A DNA stretch of 64,000 bases from Candidatus Yanofskybacteria bacterium (GTDB lineage: Bacteria; Patescibacteriota; Minisyncoccia; 2-02-FULL-40-12; GWA2-44-9), in contig DOSG01000002.1 in the NCBI GenBank assembly GCA_003514055.1, positions 13,985-77,984 on the forward strand, in the 5' to 3' direction. Made by a program: the position numbers and the translations under genes. Below, piece by piece: positions 21,798-32,447 of this stretch. The notes beneath the pieces are model-generated. The model did not search any database, was not told where the DNA came from, and worked only from the letters and a program-made list of their open reading frames with translations. Numbering within the stretch: position 1 is the stretch's first letter; every line of letters starts with the position of its first letter.

Positions 21798-22526
21798 AGA
21801 CAGTGCCTGGCGGGCAGTTTAAGTGGGGCACTTTCCTCCCAAAAAGTAATGGAGGAGTTCATCAAGGTTGGCTAGCTCCGGATGGAAATCGGAGCGATAG
21901 TGTAAAGGCACAAGCCAGCTTTACTGCAAGGCGGATATGCCGCGCAGTTGCGAAAGCAGGACCTAGTGAACCGACTCTAACTCGTAGGAGTGGAGAAGAT
22001 CATCAGATAAAAGCTACTCCGGGGATAACAGGCTGGTACTGCCCGAGCGTTCACAGCGACGGCAGTGTTCGGCACCTCGATGTCGGCTCGCCCTATCCTG
22101 GGACTGAAGAAGGCCCCAAGGGTTTGGCTGTTCGCCAATTAAAAGGGTACGCGAGCTGGGTTCAAACCGTCGTGAGACAGGTTGGTCCATATCTGGCGTG
22201 GGCGTTGAATATTTGAGAGGGGTTGTCCCTAGTACGAGAGGACCGGGACGAACAAACCTCTGGTGAACCAGCTGTTCTGCCAAGAGCATCGCTGGATAGC
22301 TATGTTTGGTTCTGATAAGCGCTGAAAGCATATAAGCGCGAAGCAGGCCTCAAGATGAGATATTCTGGATCCCTTGTAGACTACAAGGTTGATAGGACTC
22401 AGGTGTAAGCACAGCGATGTGTTCAGCCGAGAGTTACTAATTGATCCTCATCCGTCTAAATTTTGCTTAGCAAGATTTAGATATTTCTTCTGTAACTGTT
22501 AGTGTAATCACTTAATGTTTTTTGAT

Positions 22527-22648
22527 AGAGTAGTTGGGAGTATCGATTTTTCGAGTGCGGGCTGTATTTTCCTGATGGAAAATCACCCTCTCGCTCGGCG
22601 CCGTCGCGCCTGCGCGGGCCTCTCAAAACCGACACTCCCAGCTACTCT
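22527..22648 (-). repeat. structured dispersed repeat, copy 1 (23S-5S spacer)
   Basis: core 22547-22628 is the reverse complement of cores at 44091 and 50897; enclosed by AGAGTAGTTGGGAGT/ACTCCCAGCTACTCT. Confidence 0.9.
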
Positions 22649-22676
22649 GGTAGTGTCAGAAAGATCGTGTTTAGTG

Positions 22677-22787
22677 TAAGGTAGCTATACCAAGGGTGCT
22701 CCACCTGATCCCATTCCGAACTCAGAAGTGAAATCCCTTATGGCCCATGATAGTCGGTTTTCCCGGCGAAAGTAGGTAGCTGCCTCA
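22677..22787 (+). rRNA. rrf: 5S rRNA (ends approximate)
   Basis: CACCTGATCCCATTCCGAACTCAGAAGTGAAA, GATAGT, GAAAGTAGGT; helix I AGGTAGC/GCTGCCT. Confidence 0.97.
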
Positions 22788-22867
22788 CACTGATCACGAT
22801 TTTTAGTTACTTGCTAATGAGTGTACTACGTGAGACTATATGTCTAGTTCTTTTTGGAGTAAACACG

Positions 22868-23071
22868 ATGACTAAAAGGCGTATATTGATGCTTAATATA
22901 ATCGGTTGGATATTTGGTATTATATGGATTGCCGTGCTTATCATGGGGCTCTTTATCGATGATTTGGCATCTAATATGCCGTGGCTGGGAGCTCATTTGA
23001 TCTCTGGGGTTATCGTAATTATAATTTGTGCAATAAAATACCGCGAGGCTTTGTCTTTCGGAGGTAACTAG
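22868..23071 (+). CDS. small membrane protein (two TM helices)
   Basis: GGAG SD before ATG 22868; hydrophobic; followed by hairpin and T-tract. Confidence 0.6.
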   Translation: MTKRRILMLNIIGWIFGIIWIAVLIMGLFIDDLASNMPWLGAHLISGVIVIIICAIKYREALSFGGN

Positions 23072-23125
23072 TGGGGCTAATCAGCCCTTCTTTTTTTATG
23101 TTGGTTTGATAATATAAGAGTACAT

Positions 23126-23953
23126 ATGGATAAAAGGTCGGCCAAGCAATTCTTCATAGGCGCTATCTATCTGATCATCTTTGCTCTGTTAGCATATGGT
23201 ATTTATGCTATGTTCTTTAAAGTTGTCCCAACATGTACCGATAGTATTCAAAACGGCAAAGAGGTTGGAGTCGATTGTGGCATCCAGGCTGGATGTGAAC
23301 CATGCGGAGAGGCGATTAAACCAATAGACATAATATCTAGCCAGCTAATCAAGGTAAATGAAGGTGACTATGACTTTGTAGCGCAAGCTACTAATCCTAA
23401 CACCGAGCTTGGATCGTCGAGAGTTGATTTCGATTTAGTATATAAATCTAGCGATGGCACCGAGAAGATAAGCCCAGATTTTTTCTATATCGCTCCAGGC
23501 CAGACAAAATACATAGTTAGGCAGAGAGTCCAGATAGAAGATATAGCGTCTGTTGAAATTAAAATTAAGAACGCCGCATGGAGTAAGCTAGATATTGCGA
23601 CTGAACCTGTTAATTTTGTTGTCAAAAAAGATTATGTCGTAGTCAATGCCGATGGTGTCCATAGTCAGGTTCTGGGGACTGTATATAACCCATCAAATTA
23701 TGATTTGAGCAACGTAGATGTAGCCGTTGTTTTATATGGCGAAAGTAATAAGATAATAGCTGTAAATAAGACTGATATAAAAACGTTAAATTCTCAGAGT
23801 GAAAGACAGTTCAAGGTTTTCTGGACGAAGCCATTTGCGGGGACTTATTACCGAGCCGATGTCGAAGTTACTACTAACCTGTTTGATAATTCCAACTTCA
23901 TAAAAGCCCATGGATCAACCGAGGAATTTCAGAGAATTTACGAGAAGAATTAG
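23126..23953 (+). CDS. membrane-anchored protein with Cys-rich motif and FxLYD-like Ig domains
   Basis: N-terminal TM; CTDSIQNGKEVGVDCG..GCEPC; V.G.V.N...VAVVLYG...IIA. Confidence 0.7.
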   Translation: MDKRSAKQFFIGAIYLIIFALLAYGIYAMFFKVVPTCTDSIQNGKEVGVDCGIQAGCEPCGEAIKPIDIISSQLIKVNEGDYDFVAQATNPNTELGSSRVDFDLVYKSSDGTEKISPDFFYIAPGQTKYIVRQRVQIEDIASVEIKIKNAAWSKLDIATEPVNFVVKKDYVVVNADGVHSQVLGTVYNPSNYDLSNVDVAVVLYGESNKIIAVNKTDIKTLNSQSERQFKVFWTKPFAGTYYRADVEVTTNLFDNSNFIKAHGSTEEFQRIYEKN

Positions 23954-25025
23954 TTTCTATTTCCACGAAATTGATTTTATTTTATTTGCCACCATGGTGG
24001 CAATTTCTTTATTTGGAGTAGTTAATATGTATGGCATATCGGGTAGCGTACACGAGCTAGTCCCGAAGCAGTTATTAATAGTCGTTATCGCTATCTGCGT
24101 GATGACATTCTTCTCTTTCATAAACTATAGGTATCTAAAGAACTATTCTTTCCCGGTAGTGTTCTCGTATGTTGTCTCAATCCTACTACTTCTGTTGACC
24201 TTCTATTCTAGATCTATCCGTGGGGTTAACTCTTGGATCATTTTAGGAAATTATACATTCGAGCCGGTAGAACTGGCGAAGTTGGTTTTAATAATTTTAT
24301 TGGCAAAATTCTTTTCTCAGAGGCATATTCATATAAACGATATCAAGAACATAATAATATCGGGCATATATTTTGGCATTCCGGCCGCTATCATTATTCT
24401 TCAGCCAGATCTTGGATCGGCAATAATATTCTCCTTGATATGGCTATCAATGTTGATGGCTTCTGGCATAAGTAAAAAACATTTCATAATCCTAGTTATC
24501 GCTGGGTTAATAGTATCTGGTTTCGGCTGGAATTTTGTCCTTAAAGATTATCAGAAAACCAGGGTGATCTCTTTTCTGAACCCGTATAAAGATCCAAGGG
24601 GAGCGGGCTATAACTTAATTCAATCGAAGATAGCGATTGGAACCGGCTATTGGTTTGGAAATGGTCTTGGCAACGGAGCTCAGGTGAAGTTGGGTTTCTT
24701 GCCGGAGCCGAAGAATGATTTCGTATTTGCGGCGACGATAGAGCAATTCGGCCTGGTGGGTATGAGTTTGGTTCTGGCCACCATATTGCTTATGCTGTCC
24801 CGGATTGTTAATATTGGCAAGCGTTCAAATAATAATTTTGGTCGCTTGTTCTCTATCGGGCTGGCAGTATTTATATTCGCCCACGTTTTCGTAGGGGCCT
24901 CGGTCAACATCGGTTTGATGCCGGCCACGGGAATACCATTCCCGTTCCTTAGCTATGGAGGTAGCAATCTAATATCGATAGCTATCGGCCTAGGCGTAAT
25001 GCAAAATATTAAAAGAAATTCATAA
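23910..25025 (+). CDS. rodA: rod shape-determining protein RodA (SEDS family)
   Basis: WI.LG..FEPVELAK, LQPDLGSA, GYNLIQSKIAIGTG, FLPE..NDFVFA, PFLSYGGS; exact start uncertain. Confidence 0.93.
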   Translation: MDQPRNFREFTRRISFYFHEIDFILFATMVAISLFGVVNMYGISGSVHELVPKQLLIVVIAICVMTFFSFINYRYLKNYSFPVVFSYVVSILLLLLTFYSRSIRGVNSWIILGNYTFEPVELAKLVLIILLAKFFSQRHIHINDIKNIIISGIYFGIPAAIIILQPDLGSAIIFSLIWLSMLMASGISKKHFIILVIAGLIVSGFGWNFVLKDYQKTRVISFLNPYKDPRGAGYNLIQSKIAIGTGYWFGNGLGNGAQVKLGFLPEPKNDFVFAATIEQFGLVGMSLVLATILLMLSRIVNIGKRSNNNFGRLFSIGLAVFIFAHVFVGASVNIGLMPATGIPFPFLSYGGSNLISIAIGLGVMQNIKRNS

Positions 25026-25029
25026 ATTT

Positions 25030-25290
25030 ATGTATCTAGAGATAGAATTATTCGAGGATCCGCATAAAGTGATAGTTTACCTCAAGGAGGAGTCGGGCAC
25101 CGTTGACTTTGTCGAAATAGTAGCAGACCACAAATTTGACCATGTGTTGATAGGCGCTGTTGACAAATTCTTAAAAAAGAATAAGATTAATCCATTGTCT
25201 TTGAAGGAGGTTAAGGTGGGTGGGCATATTGACAAAAATAGCTCATCGCACAAGATGGTTCTGGCTTTCGTGAGTGCCTTAAATAGCTAG
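25030..25290 (+). CDS. small protein resembling the N-terminal half of TsaB/YeaZ
   Basis: H..LIGAVDKFLKKNKI...LKEV.V....S....V..ALN pattern; GPGSFTG motif degenerate. Confidence 0.5.
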   Translation: MYLEIELFEDPHKVIVYLKEESGTVDFVEIVADHKFDHVLIGAVDKFLKKNKINPLSLKEVKVGGHIDKNSSSHKMVLAFVSALNS

Positions 25291-25567
25291 GGATAAAGCC
25301 ATTAATTAATTTGCTAGCCTTTAAATAGATATCAACCGGGAGATTAACTATCGAACCGATTGTGGATATTTAAAAGCTAACAATTCCAGCCCTTCCTTGT
25401 CGAACACACAAAGTAGATAAAATTTTTAAATCGTTGGGCACGACCTGATAGACCGTGTTCGTTTTTAGCGCGTTAAGAGCTATTTAGACTATTTTTCTTT
25501 GTTTGTTAAACTAAATTTCTTAAAAATCGAATTACCGACAGCGTAAGCGGGTAATTGCGATAAAATA

Positions 25568-28500
25568 ATGATGCGCAAAATATTTTCCAAGCATTCGGTA
25601 GAAAATTTTGAAGCTCCAAATTTAGTCCAAGTCCAATTGGATTCGTATAGATGGTTTTTGGATCATGGACTCAAGGAATTATTAAAAGACGTATCTCCGG
25701 TAGACGACTGGACGGGTAAAGAGCTTAAGCTTAGTTTTTTGGATTTTAAGCTGGACGAGCCAAAGTACAAGGAGAGAGTAGCGCTTGAGAAAAACATAAC
25801 CTACGAAGCGCCCCTCAAAGTTAAGGTTGGCCTAGAGAACAAAAGAACTGGCCAATACAGAGAGCAGGAATTATTCTTAGCAGATTTCCCCCTAATGACG
25901 CCTAGGGGTACTTTTATTATCAATGGTGTCGAGAGAGTCGTCATATCACAATTAATTAGAAGCCCAGGCGCCCTATTCTCATTATCAAAATCAAGTCGCT
26001 TTAAGCGATATTTTGGTGCCAAATTAATTCCTGCTCGTGGCGCATGGCTAGAATTTGAAACCGAATATAACGGAGTAATATCAGCCAGGATAGACAGAAA
26101 GAGAAAAGTTCCAGTTACCGCTATCTTGAGGGCTTTTGGTATATCTAAAGACGATGATATCAAGAAACATTTTGTAGACGTTGATACCGATGAGCAAACT
26201 AAGTTCATATTGTCCACGATTTTAGCTGATCCATCTTCGAACGAAGAAGAGGGCTTAATTGAGATGTATAAGAGGATAAGGCCTGGAGATCCGGCTACGG
26301 TTGATAATGCTAGGCAGATGATACATAACATGTTCTTTAACCCGGCTCGTTATGATTTATCAAAAGTTGGCAGATTCAGAACCAACAAAAGATTTAATGA
26401 AGAGATCGGCTTAGAAGATCCACAGGAGAGAGTTCTGAGAGCTCAAGATATTATAAATATTTTGAAAGAGATAATTAGGCTGAATAACGATCCTCATTCC
26501 GAGCCAGACAACATAGATCACCTTGGCAATAGGAGAGTTAAGACTTTAGGCGAATTGCTACAAGATAGATTGAGAGTAGCTTTTGCCAGGATGGAGAGAA
26601 TTATAAAAGACAGAATGAGTACCATGGAACCGGAGTCAGTCATGCCGGCACAGCTCATCAATTCTCGACCCTTTGTGGCCGCATTAAAAGAATTTTTCGC
26701 TTCTGGTCAACTTTCACAATTCATGGACCAACATAATCCGTTGGCCGAATTAGAGCACAAGAGAAGACTATCGGCTCTGGGTCCTGGAGGTCTAACTCGA
26801 GAAAGGGCTAGCTTTGAAGTAAGAGACGTTCACCCCTCACACTATGGGAGGATTTGTCCTATCGCAACTCCAGAAGGTCCTAATATCGGTTTGGTTGGAC
26901 ACTTAGCCTTGTATTCCAAGATTTCTCCTCTCGGTTTTATTCTTACGCCGTATATAAAAGTAATCGACAGTAAGGTTACGGACGAGGTAATATACATGGA
27001 TGCCACCGAGGAAGAAAGACATATTATAGCTCAGGCCGGAGCCGAAATAGATAAGAATGGTAAGCTTGTTGGCGACAAGATCGTGGCTAGATTAAAAGGT
27101 GAGCCTGGTACGGCCATGCCATCGGAAATAAATTATATAGACGTTTCTCCAAGGCAACAGTTTTCTGTAGCCACCTCTTTGATTCCATTCTTAGAGCACG
27201 ATGACGCTAATCGCGCCTTGATGGGATCGAATATGCAAAGACAAGCTGTTCCGCTGATTATGCCAGAGGCGCCTTATGTTGGAACCGGCCTAGAGGGTAA
27301 GATCGCGAAAGATTCGGGATTAGTCACTCTTGCTTCTGAAAATGGAGTAATCAAAGAAGTTGATTCAGGCCACATTACCCTAGAGACTGAGAAGGGCAAG
27401 GATATCGAATATGATTTAATAAAATTTGCTAAGTCTAATGCATTCACTTGTATTAATCAAAGGCCAATAATAGCGAAAGGCGACAAAGTTAAAAAAGGAC
27501 AGCCTTTGGCGGACGGACCGTCTACTGACAAGGGCGAGCTGGCTCTTGGAAGGAATTTAGTTATGGCTTTTATGTCTTTTGACGGATGCAACTTTGAAGA
27601 CGCCATTGTTCTCTCAGATAGATTGGTCAAGGAAGACATTCTCTCGTCTATTCACATAGAAGACTATTCGACTGATGTTCGTGAGACTAAGCTTGGTCCA
27701 GAGGTAACTACTTACGATATTCCGAACGTAGCCATGGAAAGATTGAATGATCTTGATCCAGATGGCGTAGTTAGGGTTGGAGCCGAAGTCAGGTCTCAAG
27801 ATATTCTAATTGGTAAGATTTCACCAAAAGGTGAGAGCGATTTAACGGCAGAGGAGAGATTGCTAAGAGCTATATTCGGCGAGAAATCTAGAGATGTTAA
27901 AGATACGTCACTAAGATTAAGCTATGGTAAGCAGGGCAGAGTTGTTGACGTTAAGACGTTTTCGAGAGACGAGGGTGACAAGCTGGATGTTGGCGTTATC
28001 AAAAGAATCCAAGTCTCAGTGGCCGAATTAAGAAAAATTCAAGTAGGCGATAAACTAGCCGGAAGACACGGAAACAAAGGAGTAATTTCAATAATATTAC
28101 CGAAAGAAGATATGCCATTTTTGCCAGATGGAACCCCAGTTGATATGGTGTTGTCTCCATTAGGCATCATTTCTCGTATGAATATCGGACAAGTACTCGA
28201 AGCCCATCTAGGATTAGCTGCTAAAAAATTAGATTACCATGCCGCAACTCCAGCTATGGCCGGACCGACCGAGGAAACAATCAAGGAAGAACTTGAGAAG
28301 GCTGGATATCCAGTCGACGGTAAGATTCAACTATATGACGGTAGAACCGGATTACCATTTGATCAAAAGTCATTTGTTGGTGTTACCTATTTCATGAAGC
28401 TTATTCACATGGTGGAGGACAAGATCCACATGAGATCTATCGGTCCTTATTCTCTAATTACCCAGCAGCCGCTAGGAGGGAAGGCTCAGTTTGGCGGACA

Positions 28501-28726
28501 AAGATTTGGAGAGATGGAAGTCTGGGCTCTAGAGGGATATGGCGCGGCACACACATTACAAGAAATGCTAACTATCAAGTCTGACGATGTTTTGGGTCGA
28601 GCAAAGACTTACGAATCAATAGTAAACGGTGAGAAGATAAGAGCTCCACATCTGCCGGAATCATTTAAGGTTTTGGTCTCAGAAATAAAGGGCTTGGGCT
28701 TAAACGTAGAACTTATCGAAAGATAA
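25568..28726 (+). CDS. rpoB: DNA-directed RNA polymerase beta subunit
   Basis: GTFIINGVERVVISQL, DHLGNRR, RDVHPSHYGRICP, GDKLAGRHGNKG, GGQRFGEMEVWALE. Confidence 0.99.
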   Translation: MMRKIFSKHSVENFEAPNLVQVQLDSYRWFLDHGLKELLKDVSPVDDWTGKELKLSFLDFKLDEPKYKERVALEKNITYEAPLKVKVGLENKRTGQYREQELFLADFPLMTPRGTFIINGVERVVISQLIRSPGALFSLSKSSRFKRYFGAKLIPARGAWLEFETEYNGVISARIDRKRKVPVTAILRAFGISKDDDIKKHFVDVDTDEQTKFILSTILADPSSNEEEGLIEMYKRIRPGDPATVDNARQMIHNMFFNPARYDLSKVGRFRTNKRFNEEIGLEDPQERVLRAQDIINILKEIIRLNNDPHSEPDNIDHLGNRRVKTLGELLQDRLRVAFARMERIIKDRMSTMEPESVMPAQLINSRPFVAALKEFFASGQLSQFMDQHNPLAELEHKRRLSALGPGGLTRERASFEVRDVHPSHYGRICPIATPEGPNIGLVGHLALYSKISPLGFILTPYIKVIDSKVTDEVIYMDATEEERHIIAQAGAEIDKNGKLVGDKIVARLKGEPGTAMPSEINYIDVSPRQQFSVATSLIPFLEHDDANRALMGSNMQRQAVPLIMPEAPYVGTGLEGKIAKDSGLVTLASENGVIKEVDSGHITLETEKGKDIEYDLIKFAKSNAFTCINQRPIIAKGDKVKKGQPLADGPSTDKGELALGRNLVMAFMSFDGCNFEDAIVLSDRLVKEDILSSIHIEDYSTDVRETKLGPEVTTYDIPNVAMERLNDLDPDGVVRVGAEVRSQDILIGKISPKGESDLTAEERLLRAIFGEKSRDVKDTSLRLSYGKQGRVVDVKTFSRDEGDKLDVGVIKRIQVSVAELRKIQVGDKLAGRHGNKGVISIILPKEDMPFLPDGTPVDMVLSPLGIISRMNIGQVLEAHLGLAAKKLDYHAATPAMAGPTEETIKEELEKAGYPVDGKIQLYDGRTGLPFDQKSFVGVTYFMKLIHMVEDKIHMRSIGPYSLITQQPLGGKAQFGGQRFGEMEVWALEGYGAAHTLQEMLTIKSDDVLGRAKTYESIVNGEKIRAPHLPESFKVLVSEIKGLGLNVELIER

Positions 28727-28744
28727 CTTCACCCAAAATATAAA

Positions 28745-31700
28745 ATGAATCTATCATCTATAAAACTAAAGGTCGCATCGCCAGAAGATATCTTATCGTG
28801 GTCATACGGTGAAGTTACAAAGCCGGAGACTATAAACTACAGAACTCAGAAACCCGAGAGAGAAGGGCTATTCTCAGAAGCTATCTTCGGTCCAACTAAG
28901 GACTGGGAATGTTATTGCGGTAAGTACAAGAGAATTCGATATAAGGGAATCATCTGCGATAGGTGCGGTGTTGAAGTCACGCGCTCAATTGTTAGAAGAG
29001 AGAGAATGGGACACATTAAGCTGGCCGCACCAGTCGCGCATATTTGGTTTTTGAGAGGTGTGCCGTCAAAGATTGCCGCCATACTTGGCGTCTCCTTGCC
29101 AGAACTTGAGAAGGTCGTCTACTTTGCCAGCTATGTAGTCATGAAAGTGAACGAAGACTTGAAGGCCGAAGCTATGAAGAGAGTTGAGGGCGAATTTAAG
29201 TCTAAGATAAAAAATCTAGCCGAAGGATCAGATGAGGAAAGGGCTTTGAAAGAGTTGAAAGACAGAGAAAGAAATAATCTTAGGAATTTAGTTAAGTACC
29301 AAATTATTTCAGAGCTAGACTTTAGAGATCTATCATTAAAATATGGTGAAGTTTTTGAAGCTGGTATCGGCGCTGAAGCTATCCGAAGATTGCTCGAAGA
29401 TATAAACCTTGAAGATGCAATCGTCAACTTAGAGGCTGAGGCCAAGAATGAGACCAATCCTCTGGAGGCCAAGAAGATGGCAAGAAGGATGAAGTTCTTA
29501 AGGGGTATGCATCGAGCCGGAATAAGGCCCGAGTGGATGGTTATAACTATTCTGCCGATTATCCCGCCATCACTAAGACCGATGGTGCCTTTGGATGGTG
29601 GAAGATACGCTACGTCCGATCTAAATGATTTGTACAGAAGAGTAATCAATAGAAATAATAGACTAAAGCATTTAATAGAATTAAAGGCGCCCGAAGTAAT
29701 TACCAAGAACGAGAAGAGAATGCTTCAAGAAGCCGTCGATGCTCTGATTGATAATTCCATGAGAAGAGGTCAGGTTACTACTGCCGCTTCGACTGGGCAG
29801 AAGAGGGCTCTCAAGTCTCTAGCTGACATGCTTAAAGGTAAACAGGGACGTTTTAGACAGAATTTACTTGGAAAAAGAGTAGATTACTCAGGCCGAAGCG
29901 TTATCGTAGTCGGTCCAGAGATGAGTATGGATGAATGCGGCTTGCCGAAACGTATGGCTCTAGAATTATTCAAGCCTTTTGTTATCGGTATTTTAATTAG
30001 AAAAGAATTAGCTCACAACATTAAGTCAGCCGGTAGATTGATTGAGCAAGAGACGCCAGACGTTTGGGCGGCTTTAGAAGAAGCCATGACCGAGAAGCTG
30101 GTATTGCTAAATCGTGCTCCAACATTGCACAGATTGTCTGTTCAAGCTTTTAAGCCAACTCTTATTGAGGGTAAGGCTATAAAGGTCCCAGCACTACCAA
30201 CGACAGCGTTTAACGCCGACTTCGACGGTGACCAAATGGCCGTTCATTTGCCATTGACTGACGAAGCTCAAAAAGAAGCTAGAGAATTGATGTTGGCTTC
30301 ACGAGGAATACTCAAGCCAGCTACTGGCGAGCCGGTAGCCGTTCCTAAGAATGACGTTGTCTTAGGTGTTTACTATCTAACCAGCATTAACGAGGGTGGA
30401 AAGGGCGAGGGTAAGTTTTTTGGAAGTACTGAGGAAGCCATGATGGCTCTAAGTAATGATTTTATAGAATTAAGATCTAAGATCAAAATTCAGAATCCTG
30501 ACAAGACCGAGGGGCAACCTAGATTGGTAGAGACAACAGTCGGACGTCTAATATTTAATCAGGCATTACCCGAAGGTCACAAGTTCGTAAATAGGACCAT
30601 AGCCAAACACGACCTAAAGAATATCGAATCAGATATCTGGGATGAGAACCCGTTTGAAGTCATAGTAAAGTTTCTTAATACGATTACGAGTCTTGGATTC
30701 AAGTACGCGACCATATCTGGATTGTCTTGGGGTATGGATGACATCAGAATCCCGAAAGAGAAGCCTCAAATCATCGAAGAGGCCGACAAGCTGACCGAAG
30801 AGAATATGCAATTATATGAACAGGGATTATTGACTGAGTATGAAAGAAAATCTAGAGCTATTGAAATATGGAATGGTGCTAAAAATAAACTGTCAGTCTT
30901 GGTCAAAAAATCGCTAGGCCCCAATGACTCGGCTTACATGATGGTTGAATCGAAAGCCAGAGGAAGCTGGACGGTGCTAGATCAAATGATGGGTATGAGA
31001 GGTATTTTCGCTAATCCGTCTGGAGAACTAATCGAACTACCAGTTAGGAGTTCTCTTAAGGAAGGCTTGGCCCCACTTGAATATTTCATTTCAACTCACG
31101 GCGCTAGAAAGGGATTAGTAGACACCGCTCTTAAGACTGCAACTGCGGGCTATTTAACCAGAAGACTAGTTGATGTTGCTCAGGATATCGTCATCACCGA
31201 AGAAGACTGTAAGGATAAAGAGGGATATATCTTGTATGCCGACGATAAAAAGTTTAGTGGTGATACTCTTGGTAAAAGAATTAAGGGGAGGGTTGTCATG
31301 GATGATATTCTTGGCGATGACGGCGAAGTCATAGTTAAGAAGGGCAAAATCGTAGACAAAGAAACAGCCAAGAGAGTAGAAAGCTTGAAACTTGAGAAGA
31401 TAAGAATCCGATCGTTGCTTAAATGTAAATCTCTAGCTGGTGTCTGCAGAATGTGCTATGGCTACGATCTATCAAAGAATAAATTAGTTGAGATTGGCGA
31501 GGCCGTAGGAGTTGTTACGGCTCAGGCAATTGGAGAGCCTGGCACCCAGTTAACCATGAGAACATTCCATACTGGAGGTGTTGCTGGTGGCGGTGCCGAC
31601 ATTACGATGGGTCTACCTCGCGTTGAAGAAATATTTGAGGCCCGACCGCCATCATTTAAGGCTCTTGTCTCTGATGTTGATGGTAAAGTCGTATCCGTGG

Positions 31701-32326
31701 AGGAGAAGGGAAAGCAGAAAATACTTACTATCCAAGTATCGGGTACAGGTGAGAATAGAGAATACGCAGTTTCTCCAAATATCGCCATCGCCGTAGTTGC
31801 CGGAGACTTTGTTACTCTTGGTCAGCAATTGAGCGAAGGTAACATAGACATTAAGGACTTATATCACGTCACAAAGGATGCCGACTTGGTTGCTAGAAAT
31901 ATAATCAGAGAAGTCCAAGCCATCTACTTCCCAACCGGAGATAGTATTAACGACAAACACGTTGAGCTCATTACTCGACAGATGTTTTCTAGAGTGAAGG
32001 TCCTAAATCCTGGCGATACAGATTTGCTATCCGGTGATATCATGGAGAAGAGGAGAGTCTGGCAAGAAAACGCCGTAGCCAAGGATGGAGATAAGCTTGA
32101 GGCGACCTATGAGCAATTACTATCTGGTATAACTAGAGTATCGTTAACGACTGATAGCTTCTTGTCGTCAGCCTCATTCCAAGAAACGGCCAAGGTATTG
32201 ATCGAAAGCGCGACAGTTGGTAAGGAGGACTTCTTAAGAGGTCTAAAAGAAAATGTTATTATTGGCCGCCTGATACCAGCTGGTACGGGCCTAAACAGCG
32301 AAATTGAGGAGATGATAGAGGAGTAA
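28745..32326 (+). CDS. rpoC: DNA-directed RNA polymerase beta' subunit
   Basis: KDWECYCGKYK Zn finger, NADFDGDQM, GEPGTQLTMRTFH, GLKENVIIGRLIPAGTG. Confidence 0.99.
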   Translation: MNLSSIKLKVASPEDILSWSYGEVTKPETINYRTQKPEREGLFSEAIFGPTKDWECYCGKYKRIRYKGIICDRCGVEVTRSIVRRERMGHIKLAAPVAHIWFLRGVPSKIAAILGVSLPELEKVVYFASYVVMKVNEDLKAEAMKRVEGEFKSKIKNLAEGSDEERALKELKDRERNNLRNLVKYQIISELDFRDLSLKYGEVFEAGIGAEAIRRLLEDINLEDAIVNLEAEAKNETNPLEAKKMARRMKFLRGMHRAGIRPEWMVITILPIIPPSLRPMVPLDGGRYATSDLNDLYRRVINRNNRLKHLIELKAPEVITKNEKRMLQEAVDALIDNSMRRGQVTTAASTGQKRALKSLADMLKGKQGRFRQNLLGKRVDYSGRSVIVVGPEMSMDECGLPKRMALELFKPFVIGILIRKELAHNIKSAGRLIEQETPDVWAALEEAMTEKLVLLNRAPTLHRLSVQAFKPTLIEGKAIKVPALPTTAFNADFDGDQMAVHLPLTDEAQKEARELMLASRGILKPATGEPVAVPKNDVVLGVYYLTSINEGGKGEGKFFGSTEEAMMALSNDFIELRSKIKIQNPDKTEGQPRLVETTVGRLIFNQALPEGHKFVNRTIAKHDLKNIESDIWDENPFEVIVKFLNTITSLGFKYATISGLSWGMDDIRIPKEKPQIIEEADKLTEENMQLYEQGLLTEYERKSRAIEIWNGAKNKLSVLVKKSLGPNDSAYMMVESKARGSWTVLDQMMGMRGIFANPSGELIELPVRSSLKEGLAPLEYFISTHGARKGLVDTALKTATAGYLTRRLVDVAQDIVITEEDCKDKEGYILYADDKKFSGDTLGKRIKGRVVMDDILGDDGEVIVKKGKIVDKETAKRVESLKLEKIRIRSLLKCKSLAGVCRMCYGYDLSKNKLVEIGEAVGVVTAQAIGEPGTQLTMRTFHTGGVAGGGADITMGLPRVEEIFEARPPSFKALVSDVDGKVVSVEEKGKQKILTIQVSGTGENREYAVSPNIAIAVVAGDFVTLGQQLSEGNIDIKDLYHVTKDADLVARNIIREVQAIYFPTGDSINDKHVELITRQMFSRVKVLNPGDTDLLSGDIMEKRRVWQENAVAKDGDKLEATYEQLLSGITRVSLTTDSFLSSASFQETAKVLIESATVGKEDFLRGLKENVIIGRLIPAGTGLNSEIEEMIEE

Positions 32327-32332
32327 TCAACG

Positions 32333-32373
32333 AGATAAACAAAACCGCCCCTTTGGGGCGGTTTTGTTTATCT
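32333..32373. terminator. intrinsic terminator after rpoC
   Basis: AGATAAACAAAACCGCCCC-TTT-GGGGCGGTTTTGTTTATCT. Confidence 0.85.
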
Positions 32374-32447
32374 GCCACAATAATTATCCGCCTTTTTACT
32401 TGCTAACTTGGCCAGATTATTTGTATACTTATAAGGCAATTAAAATC

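Larger units (their letters stand above)
19013..22459 (+). rRNA. rrl: 23S rRNA with several insertions (ends approximate)
   Basis: conserved blocks GGATGCC, GAAACATCTCAGTACC, AGTACCGTGAGGGAAAGG, GTAACTATAAC, GACGGAAAGACCCC, GGATAACAGGCTG, sarcin-ricin AGTACGAGAGGACC; 16-bp closing helix 19007-19022/22450-22465. Confidence 0.99.

Noticed and set aside
19322-22331. ORFs on both strands within the 23S region, including 20435-20653 across the H45 insertion
   Set aside because: They overlap conserved rRNA, have no recognisable domains (no LAGLIDADG, GIY-YIG or HNH motif), and are better explained by RNA structure.
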